Origin: Elusimicrobiota bacterium
GTDB taxonomy: Bacteria; Elusimicrobiota; Elusimicrobia; UBA1565; JACRDR01
Assembly (NCBI GenBank): GCA_026388115.1
Contig: JAPLKK010000015.1
Location: 2,988-66,987 of the forward strand
Direction of reading: 5' to 3'
Length of the DNA stretch: 64,000 nt
Under the pieces are notes generated by a model. It did no database searches. It was not told where the DNA came from and saw nothing but the letters and a program-made list of their open reading frames with translations. Positions 18,289 to 35,031 of this stretch are shown here, piece by piece. The translations under genes were made by a program, and so were the position numbers. Numbering within the stretch: the stretch's first letter is position 1; each line of letters starts with the position of its first letter.

Positions 18289-19398
18289 ATGAAAATACAT
18301 TGTAGTAAGGCTGATCTGTCGAGAGGCGTACAGACCATCCAGTCCGCGCTCTCTTCCCGGACGACGCTTCCGATCCTCCTGAACTTCCTTGTCGAGACCG
18401 AGGACTCGAAACTCAAGCTGGTCTCGACGGATCTTGAGATGGGAGTCAAGCATTACATCCCCGCCGAGATTGAAACAGGGGGAAGCATCACGATCCCCGC
18501 TAAGAAGTTCTCGGACATCATCCATACCCTGCAGGACGAGCACGATATCGACTTGACGGTCGAGCCGGGCGGGAAGGTGCAGCTCAAGAGCGGCCGTTCC
18601 CGCTTTTCGATCATCGGGGCGCCAAAATCGGAATATCCGGTCCTGCCGGAGTTCAACCAGACCGGCTCCTTCTCGATCAAGGCGACGACCCTTGAGGAGA
18701 TGGTCCGAAAGACCCTGATCGCGGCCTCTTCCGATGAGAGCCGTCACGCCCTCAACGGCTGCTTCTGGGTGGGGCACGAAGGGAATCTTGAGATGGTGGC
18801 GACCGACGGGCGGCGGCTGGCGATCATCAAGCGCGCTTGCCTTCCAAAAGACAAGGAGTTCCGGGTGATCGTGCCGACGAAGATCCTTACCGAACTCTTG
18901 AGGCTGCTTTCCCAGGAGAAGGCGGGGGAGGACGATCAGGTCCAGGCCGGCGTGACCGATAATCAGATCGCCTTTCAGTATAAGACGACGACGCTGTTGT
19001 CTCGCCTTGTTGAGGGGAGCTTCCCGAACTACGAGCAGGTGATCCCGGTCAAAAAGGACCTTCAAGTCCAGCTGGATACCAAAGCCTTCGTTCAGATCAC
19101 AAAGCGCGCCTCTCTCTGCGCTTCCGACCGCGGGGGCTCGGTCAAGTTCACGCTTCGTCCGGGCGCCCTCCATGTGTACGCTTCAAGCCCAAATCTTGAG
19201 TTCGACGACGAGCTTGCGGTGGATTATAAAGGCGGAGAGTTCTCGGTTGCCTTCAACCCGCAGTTCATCCTCGACGGGCTGAAAGCGTTCGACTGCGATA
19301 AGGTGATGCTGAGCCTGACGGCGCCGGTGAACCCGGCTCTGTTCGAACCGCTAGGGGAGACCGATTATAAGTACGTCGTGATGCCGATGCGGGTTTAG
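18289..19398 (+). CDS. dnaN: DNA polymerase III beta sliding clamp.
   Basis: Three-domain beta-clamp homologue located immediately after dnaA. Confidence 0.93.
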   Translation: MKIHCSKADLSRGVQTIQSALSSRTTLPILLNFLVETEDSKLKLVSTDLEMGVKHYIPAEIETGGSITIPAKKFSDIIHTLQDEHDIDLTVEPGGKVQLKSGRSRFSIIGAPKSEYPVLPEFNQTGSFSIKATTLEEMVRKTLIAASSDESRHALNGCFWVGHEGNLEMVATDGRRLAIIKRACLPKDKEFRVIVPTKILTELLRLLSQEKAGEDDQVQAGVTDNQIAFQYKTTTLLSRLVEGSFPNYEQVIPVKKDLQVQLDTKAFVQITKRASLCASDRGGSVKFTLRPGALHVYASSPNLEFDDELAVDYKGGEFSVAFNPQFILDGLKAFDCDKVMLSLTAPVNPALFEPLGETDYKYVVMPMRV

Positions 19399-19403
19399 CG
19401 ACG

Positions 19404-23634
<4,231 letters not shown>

Positions 23635-23635
23635 G

Positions 23636-24051
23636 ATGAGGAAGAACGCGCTGCGATTCGCGGCGCTGGCCGCGGCGCCCTGGCTCGCGGCGCAGGCCGC
23701 CGGGGCCTCGGCGGGGCCGGTGCTGACGCTCACCGTCGGGGAGCTTGACCACGCCGGCAAGGCTTTCGAGTGCCGCCTCTACATCAACCACCCCGAGTTG
23801 AAAGGGCGCGAGCAGCAGCTGGACGGCTGGATCGCGGCCGCGGTCCGCGCCCCTTTCTTGGAAGAGAGGCATGTCGCGGCGACCGTACCCTCGGTGGAGT
23901 ATGCCGCCTACGCGCACCAGCCCGGCAAGAAGCGCAAACTGGCGCGCAAGAAGGTCGTGTTGTCGCTCGACCACGGCACGCTCAAGCACCGGACGGGACC
24001 TGAGGCGGAAGAGCTGATCGCTTTGACCAAACGATTGTGTCGGGAGAACCC

Positions 24052-24055
<4 letters not shown>
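23636..24055 (+). CDS. Hypothetical secreted protein.
   Basis: Signal peptide [13 protein letters not shown]. No recognisable domain. Confidence 0.45.
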
Positions 24056-26580
<2,525 letters not shown>

Positions 26581-26585
26581 GCGGC

Positions 26586-27002
26586 GTGGGCCGCGGCCGC
26601 TGGCGGGTCGTCGAGCACACGGCGGAGGTCGCGCTCGCGATCGAAGGCCCCGACTGGCCGGCCTTCTACGAGGCGGCGGGGCAGGGGCTCCTGGCGCTCT
26701 ACGACCCGCCGCCGCTCCCGCGCGCTGGTGAGTCCAAGACCGTCGACCTTGAGGCCGATACGTCAGAGGAGCTCCTCGTCCGTTGGCTCAACGAGCTCAT
26801 CTACCTCGTCAGCGCCAAGCGCTGGATGCCCGCGCGCGTGCGCGTGAAAGAGGCGGACGGGCGCCGCTTGTCCGCCCAGTTGGACGGCGCGCCTCTGGGC
26901 GACGGAGCGGGGGTCCGCGAGATCAAGGCCGCGACCTTCGGGGCTCTGGCGGTGCGCGCCGACGAGGGCGGCCACCAGGCGACGATCATCCTCGACGTCT
27001 GA
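26586..27002 (+). CDS. Archease family protein.
   Basis: N-terminal VVEHTAEVAL and C-terminal REIKAATFGAL...ATIILDV motifs. GTG start. Confidence 0.6.
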   Translation: MGRGRWRVVEHTAEVALAIEGPDWPAFYEAAGQGLLALYDPPPLPRAGESKTVDLEADTSEELLVRWLNELIYLVSAKRWMPARVRVKEADGRRLSAQLDGAPLGDGAGVREIKAATFGALAVRADEGGHQATIILDV

Positions 27003-27012
27003 TCTGTCGGCG

Positions 27013-27462
27013 TCAATACTGGTTCCAGACGCTGCCCTTGCTGTCGGTATGAGTGCACTGGATGTAGACCGTCCCCCAGTCGGTTCTCCCTGTTGTGTTC
27101 ACGTAGGCCCACGTGCCGGTGTCCTCCGTGTTCTCCTTCGCCTGGACGTAATTGACGGTCGCGGTCCTGCCGTGGGCGCCGGTGTAGAGAGGCATCACCG
27201 TGGTCAGGTACTTGCTTCCGGGCTGAAGCATCGGCGTCAGGTCGGAGGGGTAACTGCCCTCCGTGTCGGTATAGTAGATCTGCAGCGCGCCGCGCAGAGA
27301 GGCGAGCTTCGAGCGGGTGGCGTCCTCGTTGGCTGTCCTGATGCTGCCGCCGAACCTTTCCATGGTGATGGCGGCGAGCGTCACCAGCACGACTAAGACG
27401 ACCATCATCTCGATGACGGTGACGCCGTCCTGCCCTCTCGGACGACCGGCTTTAGGGGTCAA
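27013..27462 (-). CDS. Prepilin-type N-terminal cleavage/methylation domain protein (pilin or pseudopilin).
   Basis: ...RGQDG|VTVIEMMVVLVVLVTLAAI N-terminal motif. A TTG start gives a 13-aa basic leader. Confidence 0.65.
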   Translation of the reverse strand: MTPKAGRPRGQDGVTVIEMMVVLVVLVTLAAITMERFGGSIRTANEDATRSKLASLRGALQIYYTDTEGSYPSDLTPMLQPGSKYLTTVMPLYTGAHGRTATVNYVQAKENTEDTGTWAYVNTTGRTDWGTVYIQCTHTDSKGSVWNQY

Positions 27463-27821
27463 CGGAGGCCCCGGCCGGCCGTTGGAGCGCGCTTGCGGGA
27501 TCCCGTTCCGGGCGCCGATTCCCGAACAGGTCCGTGCGGTCAACGGCCGGCCTAGGGGTGGCGTCCAAGCAGAGCCGGCGAGCCGGCCCGCAAGGCGTCC
27601 CGCGCTCCGGCGCAAGGCCGGCGAGAGGACAAGCCGGGGGGCTGTCCATGCCGAGCGCTTCCGCGGCCTGCGGGAACCTTGCGAGCGCTGCTATCGCTAA
27701 ACGGCTCCGCTTCATCGCCATCGATATTAGGGTTGTTCGGGAGGGGAGTAAATTCAAGGGTTTAAATGTCAGAAAGGGTCAGAAAGTGTCTAAATATAGT
27801 CAGATATGGCGTTTTTATGGC

Positions 27822-28448
27822 TTAAACTACCCACACGTGGCGAGGTTCGGACAAGCGTTTTGGGTTCGTTTTGCCATTTTCGTCAGGAGTGACCGCCGTC
27901 TTGACCGGTGCCGCCGCCGGAACCGGGTTGACCACTTCATTGATCATCAAACTCCCGAGCACGACGAACGCGCAGTATGTCAACTGTTCCCCGAGGTCGA
28001 GCGGAGAGAGGGTCGACTGCATCAGGTAGCGGAACAGGACGAAGGCCGAGACTCCGCAAGCCATGGCGAGGGTCCGCGTCCGGCTTCCATAGATTGCCGT
28101 CGCCAGCGGCGTCAGCGCCAACAGCAGCCAGCAGGGGGTCCAGACTGCGCCGAGCAGCCAGACGATGGTGCAGTTGCAGCCAAGATTGACAGCCATCCTC
28201 AGGTTGACGAAAGCGGACTGGTGCGTCGTCGAGTGCAGTATCGAAGGACTCAAAAGGTTGAATAGCGCGCTGAAAATCAGCAACCCGATGCTCACACGGC
28301 CCGCGATGCCGACCGGGCTACCAAGAGCGACTCCCAGGCAGACGGTGAGGACAGCGAACGGCATCGCGTAGCGATTGACGACCATCGCACGGTTTGGAAC
28401 CGCGGATTCGCCTTCGATATTTTTTCGTGTGTTTTCCATCGGAACCAC
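27822..28448 (-). CDS. Hypothetical polytopic membrane protein.
   Basis: About 5 predicted TM segments and lower GC than the surroundings. Confidence 0.4.
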   Translation of the reverse strand: MVPMENTRKNIEGESAVPNRAMVVNRYAMPFAVLTVCLGVALGSPVGIAGRVSIGLLIFSALFNLLSPSILHSTTHQSAFVNLRMAVNLGCNCTIVWLLGAVWTPCWLLLALTPLATAIYGSRTRTLAMACGVSAFVLFRYLMQSTLSPLDLGEQLTYCAFVVLGSLMINEVVNPVPAAAPVKTAVTPDENGKTNPKRLSEPRHVWVV

Positions 28449-28526
28449 CCCGCTTCAAGGGACCAACAATCTAGGGTTGCTTGGCGCGGGCGCCGATTCA
28501 AGTGGCTGTGAGTCAGAGGGTGTCAG

Positions 28527-29528
28527 CTAGTGTCGGCTGTCGGAGGCGGCGGGCTTCGAACTCTTTAGCTGTTCCCGCGGCGGCGGCATGGCCGCCGCGA
28601 GACCCTCCGAAAAGTCCATGACGTCTGAAAAACGGGGCGGGATCAGCCAGTTCCCGGCTTTATCGACATAGCCCCACCCTCCCCCCGACTTCGCCGCGGC
28701 CGCCCCGGCGGAGAAATCGGAGCAGGCGGCGAAGCGAGGCTTGAGGACCCAGCGCCCGCGCCGGTCGATGAAGCCCCAGAGGCCCTTTTCGAGGACCGCG
28801 GCGGCGCCTTCCGAGTAGGAAGCGGCGGCTTCATAGCGGAACGCCAGGCGGCTAGACCCATACCGGGAGATGAACCCCCAGCGTTCGTGAGACTTGACCG
28901 CGGAGAACCCTTCCGAAAACCCCCTGGCGTCATCAAAGACGGCGGCGACGGCCCATTTGCCCGAGTGGTCGACGAAACCGCTCTTGCCTCCCGACTCGGC
29001 CCGAGCCAGGCCGTCGGCGAACGATCCCGCGAAATCGAACGAAGGCGGGATGCGGAACTCACCCGACTTGTCGATGAAGCCCCAGCGATTCCCCTGCCTC
29101 ACCCGCGCCAGCCCCTCGGAAAAACCGCCCGCGTCGTCGAAGCGCGGCTCGATGACAGCCGCTCCCGAACGGTCGATGTAGCCCCAGCGTCCGGCGAGGC
29201 GCACCGGCGCCAGGCCGTCGGAAAAGGACCACGCGTCCTCGAAGCGCGGCGCGATCACGGTGTTGCCGGCGTGGTCGATATAGCCCCAGATGCCCCCGGA
29301 CTTGACGGCGGCGAGGCCGGCCGCGAAGCCGCGGACCGATTCGTAGCGCGCGGGAAGGACCCATCTTGCCGAGCGGTCGATGAAGCCCCAGCGGCCGCCG
29401 GGTTCGCCTTGGGCGAGGGCCAGAAGCGGGGCGAGGACGAGGATCGAAGCGAGCGAGGCGGGATGCCGCACGGCAATACTGAGTTTGCGGCGGCGCGCCT
29501 GGATTGTCAAGCGTCTCTCAAGAAGCAT
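28527..29528 (-). CDS. WG-repeat (KWG-like) secreted protein.
   Basis: Signal peptide, then about 8 tandem ~38-aa repeats of the form G.WGYID.SG..VI.PRF..A..FSEGLA.V. Confidence 0.8.
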   Translation of the reverse strand: MLLERRLTIQARRRKLSIAVRHPASLASILVLAPLLALAQGEPGGRWGFIDRSARWVLPARYESVRGFAAGLAAVKSGGIWGYIDHAGNTVIAPRFEDAWSFSDGLAPVRLAGRWGYIDRSGAAVIEPRFDDAGGFSEGLARVRQGNRWGFIDKSGEFRIPPSFDFAGSFADGLARAESGGKSGFVDHSGKWAVAAVFDDARGFSEGFSAVKSHERWGFISRYGSSRLAFRYEAAASYSEGAAAVLEKGLWGFIDRRGRWVLKPRFAACSDFSAGAAAAKSGGGWGYVDKAGNWLIPPRFSDVMDFSEGLAAAMPPPREQLKSSKPAASDSRH

Positions 29529-29560
29529 AAGCTATTAGCCGAGGCCGGCAACCGGCTCCG

Positions 29561-31699
29561 ATGAGCTTTCTTCTTCTCGCGATCCTCCACGCCCGGGCGA
29601 CCTGGACGGGTTTGGTCTACAGCGGCTTTTCCGATTGGTCCGGCTGGGCGGCCGGCCAGATGTTCTTCCTCGGCGTCCTCATCCTCCTCGCGGTCGCGCG
29701 CCGGCAATGGTCGTGGACGGCCCGCGCGATGCCGTGGGCGGCGGCGGCACTCGGCCTTGGCTTGGCGGCCGCGGGCTGGGGCCTGCGCGCGAGCGGCGAC
29801 ACGTTCCGGGTGTTTGGCACCGACGCGGCGCAGACGCCGTTGCGGCTGCTGCGAAGCTCGCTGCTGGCGGCCGCCGACTGGTCCCTTTTACTCGACTTGA
29901 TCTTGGCCGCGGCTGCGGTCGCCCTCTCGCTGGCCGACCTGCGCCGCCACTACGAGCCGTTGGCGCGCAAGCGCGCGCTCGCGGCGGCGGCCGCCGGGGC
30001 GGCCATGCTTTTTGCGGGCGCTTGGCGGGCTCCGAGGGATACGCGGCTGGAAAGCCCCCTTCTCGCCATTCTGCGGTCCGAAAGCGAGAGCCCGCCTCGT
30101 CTTGGCCCGGAGCGTGAAGCGGATCTGCGCTCCTTGCGGTATGGGAGCCTGGCGCTTACCGATGAGCTGAGCCGCGAACTCGCGGCCCGGCGACAATCGC
30201 TCGTCATGCGGAAATACCGGCCAAATATCGTGCTCATTATCCTCGAATCCGTCGGCTCCGCGCAGCTCCGGCCCCTAGGACGCTTGGACCCGCGTTTCAC
30301 GCCGGCGCTGTTCGACTTAAGCCGTCACGGCGTGCTCTTCCCGTCGGTCTACGCCCCCTTCCCCGGAACGGTGCGCTCGCACGTCTCGGTCATGACGGGC
30401 GGCGGGCTAATCACCTGGGGCAGCGAATACAAGGAATTGTCGCGCCGCTACCTCGGTCCCACGCTGCCGGGCGAGCTCAAGAAGCGGGGCTACCGCGCGG
30501 CGTTTTTCTCCGCGGCCCGCCTGGACGGCGAGAACTCCGACGGCTTCTACGCGGCGCTGCCGTTCGACCGCGAGTTCTTGCCCGAAAGCCTTGACGTGGA
30601 TGAATGGAAAAGGCTCGAGCTCAACAGCTGGGGCATCGACGAGCGGGGCGCGGCTAAAAGAGCGCTCGCCTGGACGCGGGCAAGCCCCCGGCCCTTCCTG
30701 CTCGTCTTCAATACGGTCGCCACCCACCATCCTTACGCGGTCCCGAACGGCATGGCTCCTTACCGCCGCGGCGGCGACGCGAAGAGTCGGTACGAGAGCG
30801 CCCTGCATTTCACCGACTCGGTCGTCGGCGACCTGGCGAAAGCCCTTGGATCCGACGGACGTGGGAACACGCTCTTGATCGTCCTGGGCGACCACGGCGA
30901 GGCCTTCGGAGACCTCCACCCGGGCAACTTCAAGGAGAACATCCGCTCTTTCGTCCTGCTGGCCGACCTGAGCAAGAAGCTCCGGCCGCTCACGGCGGAC
31001 TATCCCGCCGGCAACGGCCAGATACTCCCGACGGTGCTCGAGGCGGTGGACGGCCGGGCCCAAGCCGGCTCGCTCTTCGACGCCCGGGGCCGCATCCAGT
31101 ACTTCTTCAAGAACACCCATCCGACCCAGCTCGGCCTGCGCGACGGCCAGTGGAAGTTCATCGGCCCGATGCTCGATCCGGCCCAGGCCGAACTCTACCG
31201 CCTCGACCGGGACCCGTTCGAGAAGGACAATCTGGCTTCAACGCATCCGCTGATGGTCCGGGATTATCGCCGGCTTGCGTCGCAATGGTTCATCGATACG
31301 CAAAACGAGTTCGTCTCGCGCCTCGAGGGCTTCCAGTACGAAGGCGGAGCGGCGCTCACCGCCGGCGAGTTGGGCACCCCGGGTCCCAAGAGGCTGATGT
31401 TCGGCTGGATGGGGCCCGACGACAAGTTCGTGCCGTCGCCCTCCGGAAAGGTCCCGGCGCGCGCGAAGATCGCGGCGTTCACCAAGGACGTGCCGTACCC
31501 GAACGGCCGCCTGCTGCGCTACTGCTGGAGGGCGCCCGATGGCAGCCGCCGTGAGTTCACGCTCTTCCATTCCGGCGAGTGGAGCGACGTGTACGCCTTT
31601 CCGCAAGCCCGCTTCGCCATGACGCCCGGCCGCTGGTCGCTTCGCATCCTCGACGGAAGCCGCGCGCTTGTCGGCGGCGAGCTGACCGTGCTTCCCTGA
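29561..31699 (+). CDS. Membrane-anchored sulfatase / alkaline-phosphatase-superfamily protein (LtaS-like).
   Basis: N-terminal multi-TM region followed by a sulfatase domain (NIVLIILESVGS ... VATHHPY ... LGDHGEAFGD). Confidence 0.75.
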   Translation: MSFLLLAILHARATWTGLVYSGFSDWSGWAAGQMFFLGVLILLAVARRQWSWTARAMPWAAAALGLGLAAAGWGLRASGDTFRVFGTDAAQTPLRLLRSSLLAAADWSLLLDLILAAAAVALSLADLRRHYEPLARKRALAAAAAGAAMLFAGAWRAPRDTRLESPLLAILRSESESPPRLGPEREADLRSLRYGSLALTDELSRELAARRQSLVMRKYRPNIVLIILESVGSAQLRPLGRLDPRFTPALFDLSRHGVLFPSVYAPFPGTVRSHVSVMTGGGLITWGSEYKELSRRYLGPTLPGELKKRGYRAAFFSAARLDGENSDGFYAALPFDREFLPESLDVDEWKRLELNSWGIDERGAAKRALAWTRASPRPFLLVFNTVATHHPYAVPNGMAPYRRGGDAKSRYESALHFTDSVVGDLAKALGSDGRGNTLLIVLGDHGEAFGDLHPGNFKENIRSFVLLADLSKKLRPLTADYPAGNGQILPTVLEAVDGRAQAGSLFDARGRIQYFFKNTHPTQLGLRDGQWKFIGPMLDPAQAELYRLDRDPFEKDNLASTHPLMVRDYRRLASQWFIDTQNEFVSRLEGFQYEGGAALTAGELGTPGPKRLMFGWMGPDDKFVPSPSGKVPARAKIAAFTKDVPYPNGRLLRYCWRAPDGSRREFTLFHSGEWSDVYAFPQARFAMTPGRWSLRILDGSRALVGGELTVLP

Positions 31700-31848
31700 C
31701 GGCCAGAAGCCGGTCCAGAATTCGGCGGTAGAGCCCTAGACTCGTCGAGGGAGGGTACGACAGTCCTGGGTTTGCGGGGGTGTGCCTAAATTGTCAAGCC
31801 GAATCCGGTTGACAAAACGCGTTATTGAGGTAAGCTATTGCGGCAAGC

Positions 31849-32238
31849 ATGAGGAGAGCCCTGCTTTTTGCCGCGGTATTGAGCATGGCCGTGGCGGCCC
31901 AAGCCGCCACGGCGAGATCCCGCGTGGTGGTCCGCGTGATGCCCGTCGAGACTTTTAGCCTGGCGCCGGTTTCTGCGGCCGGCGCCCAACTTTCTTTCGT
32001 CCACAACGCCGCCGCTCCGGTGAAGCTCACGGCCGAGTGCAGCGCGGGCATGAGCATCAAGAGCGGCGTGGGCGATTTTTCGTGCGTCCAAAACTCGGCT
32101 CGCGATGTCTTTACCCGGATTTCGAACGGCGTCCTCCGAGAGGCCGTTTCTTATTCGGCGCGAGCCGCGTCCTCCTCCGTCTCCTCCCAGGCCCCGGGCG
32201 AGGGCCTCACCGTCACCTACACCAGCGTCGAAGAGTGA
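31849..32238 (+). CDS. Small secreted protein, SCPU/Csu-pilin-like.
   Basis: Signal peptide. The C-terminal ...LTVTYTSVEE resembles the C-termini of the minus-strand subunit genes at 36-38 kb. Confidence 0.45.
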   Translation: MRRALLFAAVLSMAVAAQAATARSRVVVRVMPVETFSLAPVSAAGAQLSFVHNAAAPVKLTAECSAGMSIKSGVGDFSCVQNSARDVFTRISNGVLREAVSYSARAASSSVSSQAPGEGLTVTYTSVEE

Positions 32239-32255
32239 CTTCGTCCTCGACCCCA

Positions 32256-32318
32256 AGAGTATAAGCGACAACGGTAAAGTCAATTGTAAAACTAGTTGTT
32301 AAGAAGATTGTAACTAAG
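32256..32318. repeat. TTGT-rich imperfect direct repeat, left flank of the fimbrial cluster.
   Basis: AAGAGTATAAGCGACAACGGTAAAGTCAATTGTAAAACTAGTTGTTAAGAAGATTGTAACTAAG. Similar to 38037-38100. Confidence 0.5.
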
Positions 32319-32320
32319 CC

Positions 32321-35025
32321 TTAGGGTTCTTCGATCATCTTCAGCCGCCGCAGGCGCGGCCGGACGTTAATCCTCTCGGCGCGCGTTTGGCCCGGAGCGA
32401 GGTCGAGCTCGAAGCTCTCGCGGTCGGCCGCGTGCCGCTCAGGCAGCCCCGAGGCGTCCAGCCGCACCGTCCAGCGGCCGGGCCTGAGGTTGCGCAGCCG
32501 CAGGTTGCCGTCGGCATCGGTCGGATGGGCCACGGTTTCTTCGCCGCGCTTGAGCTCGATCCAAAGCCCCGCGACGCCGCCGGCCTCAATGAGCTTGGGT
32601 TCCTTGTCCTCCTCGGCGACGGACGGCGCGCCGCCCTCCGGCTCGTAGAGCACGACGCGGAGATCGACCTCGGCCTCGCGCACAACCCCGATATCGAGGC
32701 GCAGGGTCTTGCCTCCTTCGATGGCGGCCTTCAAGGGCATCGGGGCCTCGGTCACCAGGCCCGCGGGAAGCGTCGCGGGGTCCACCCACACGAAATGCTC
32801 TCCCTTGTCGAGCGAGCGGAAGGCGAAGCGCCCGCGACCGTCGGTCGCCGCCAGGGCGCCGCCCGCGTTGACGACCGCGTCCTTGACCCCGCGCCGGCCG
32901 GGGACGCCGGCTTCGTAGACGGAACCCGTCAGGCCGCCCACGTCGGCGCGCAAGCCGATCGGGATGTCGAACTCGTGCGAGTAAGAGCCCAGAACCGAGT
33001 CGATCCGCGGGCGCGTCGAGCCGAGATAGGCGAGGCGCTGGACCCGCACCGAGATCATATCGCTTCCAGGCAGAGTCCAGCGCAGGTAGCCGATGTAGCG
33101 CATGCTGGGCGGGGCGGGCGCCGTGGGCTCGCGGCGCTCGGCCTGAAGGTTGATCGAAAGCCCCTGCAAGGGAAGCAGGTCCGCGCCGAGCCCGGCCACG
33201 GTCTCGGGCTGGACGTCGACCGCCAGGCCCTGGGGACCGCGTTGGACGTAGGCGGAGTAGCTCTGGCTCGGGGTCGCGGCGAGCGAGAGGTCCGCCCCCC
33301 CTCCTCCCTGCTCGAAGGAATGCCCGCTCAGACGGTCCTCGAAGCGGATTGCGGCGGCCGAGAGGCTGGCGCGCAAGGCGCGCCACTGGTGTACGAGCCC
33401 CGCGGTGAGCTCGTGGGCCCGCGCGTCGAAAGAGGGCGTCGGGAGGCGGTCGATCTTGCTCTGCCAATCATAATCCAGCGTCCAGACGGTCTCGCGGCTT
33501 TGGGTGAAGCGCACCCCGGTCTTGCTCCGGTCCTCGCTGAGCGCGACGGACTTGGCCGGGTCGCGGTTCAGGTTGAACACATCCTTGTAGTACGCCTCGC
33601 TCAGCTCCCAGCGGGCGGCGAGAGGGGCGGTGAGCTGGGCGCGGGTGAGGTCGGAATCGTGATAGAAGCCGGTGTAGTCCGGTCCGCCGCGGATCTTTTC
33701 GACTCGAAGCGGAGCTCGGCCAAAAGCCCTGCCTTCAAGCGCCACGCTCCAGGCCCGGCTCCCATAAGGCGTCTTTTCCAGGGGCGCGTGGCCAAGCGCG
33801 TACTCCGCGCTGAGAGCGAGGCCCGCGATGGCGCCCGTCTTGGCCTGCAGGCTCGCGAGGTCCTGGCGCGTTGCGGCGTCCTTGCCGAGCCAGTTCGCCT
33901 TGAGCTCGAGCGGCTTGGCCGCGTAGCCGACGTAGCCCGCGCGCCCGCGTTCCGCCGCGCTTTGGCCCCGCGACTCGAAGGGGAATCCGCCGAGCTTGAA
34001 GCCTCCGGCTTCTGTCCTCCCCTGCCGTATTCGTATAGCTGGGTGAGCGGCGACAGCGAGTAGCCCAGGTCCCCGCCTTTGACCGAGCCGCGCTCAAAGC
34101 TCAGGGCGCCGTTGTATTCCTCGCGGAAGCCGAAAAGAGGCAAGTTCGGGTCGATGGGGCGCTGGAGGTGGAAATCGAGCCGCCGGCGCCCGGCGTCGTC
34201 GAGCGCGCCGCTGCCGGTCCAGTCGAACTGCGCGGCGTTCTTGTCCTGCTCCCGGCCTCCTTGCGCGGTGAGGCGCGACCTCAGGCGGCGGTAGGGGTCG
34301 AGCCTCTGCGAGATGCGAGGGATGATGTTGACCAGGGTCGCCGCCCTCGTCTCACCGCCGCGTTCCCCGGCCAGGCTCGCCGTGAGCCGGAGCTGGTGCG
34401 TCAGGGGCTGTACCGCCGCGGCGTCGGTGCGGACGATGACGGCGATCTCGTGCGATGCGCCCGGCGCGAGCGGGAAGGCCTTCGCGTCGGCCTCCGCCTT
34501 GAGATTGTCGGAGCTCGCCACGTCCACGACCGCTTGGCCGCCGACGTTGCCGCGGTTGACGAGCGCGAAGCGGGCCGTGTAATCGCGTCCGGCCACGACC
34601 AAGGAAGGGGAGGCGAGCGGCGTGAGCTCGAGCTCGAGCACCCGCTGGACCTTGAGGCCCACGGTCGCCTCGACCCACGGGTCCGTCCGGCGGTGGACGT
34701 GGACCCGGTAGGTCAGCACATACAGGCCCGCCGGAGCGAGCGAGGGCCGCGGCAGGCGGAAGGAAACGAGGCGGACCTCTTCGCCGCCGGCCGGCAGGCG
34801 GAACGGCTCCTCGATGGAGACGAGACGCCAGCCCTCGGGCAGGTCGATCTCGTCGTCGAGCAGGCGCGGCACGGGGCCGGCGTTGCGCACGACGAAGCCC
34901 AAGGTGACGATCTCGCTCGGCCGCGCCTCGCCCGGCGGTCCCGGGGAGGCGGAGACCTTCAGGCCCGTGATCTGCCCGTGAGCCGTCCCGGTCAACAGCG
35001 CGAGGAGCGCGAGGCCCTTTAGCAA
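32321..35025 (-). pseudogene. Large secreted protein, putative fimbrial usher-like. It is split by a frameshift near 34010-34030.
   Basis: The two ORFs 33601..35025 and 32321..33745 overlap. Good coding continues in the -1 frame upstream of 33745. The junction is LYEYGRGG | TEAGGFKLGGFPFE, and the N-terminal signal peptide is MLKGLALLALLTGTAHG. Confidence 0.45.
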
Positions 35026-35031
35026 GATGAC

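Noticed and set aside
31700-31848. Possible tRNA or small RNA in the intergenic region upstream of the small SCPU-like gene.
   Set aside because: No cloverleaf-compatible sequence (no GTTCGA/TTCGAATCC T-arm, no conserved D-arm) was found here or in other intergenic regions by eye. No rRNA-like segments either.
34010-34030. Programmed ribosomal frameshift in the usher-like gene.
   Set aside because: There is no slippery heptamer or downstream pseudoknot. A 1-nt indel at a C/G run is more simply explained as an assembly error or a genuine pseudogene. It is retained as a finding but not as programmed recoding.
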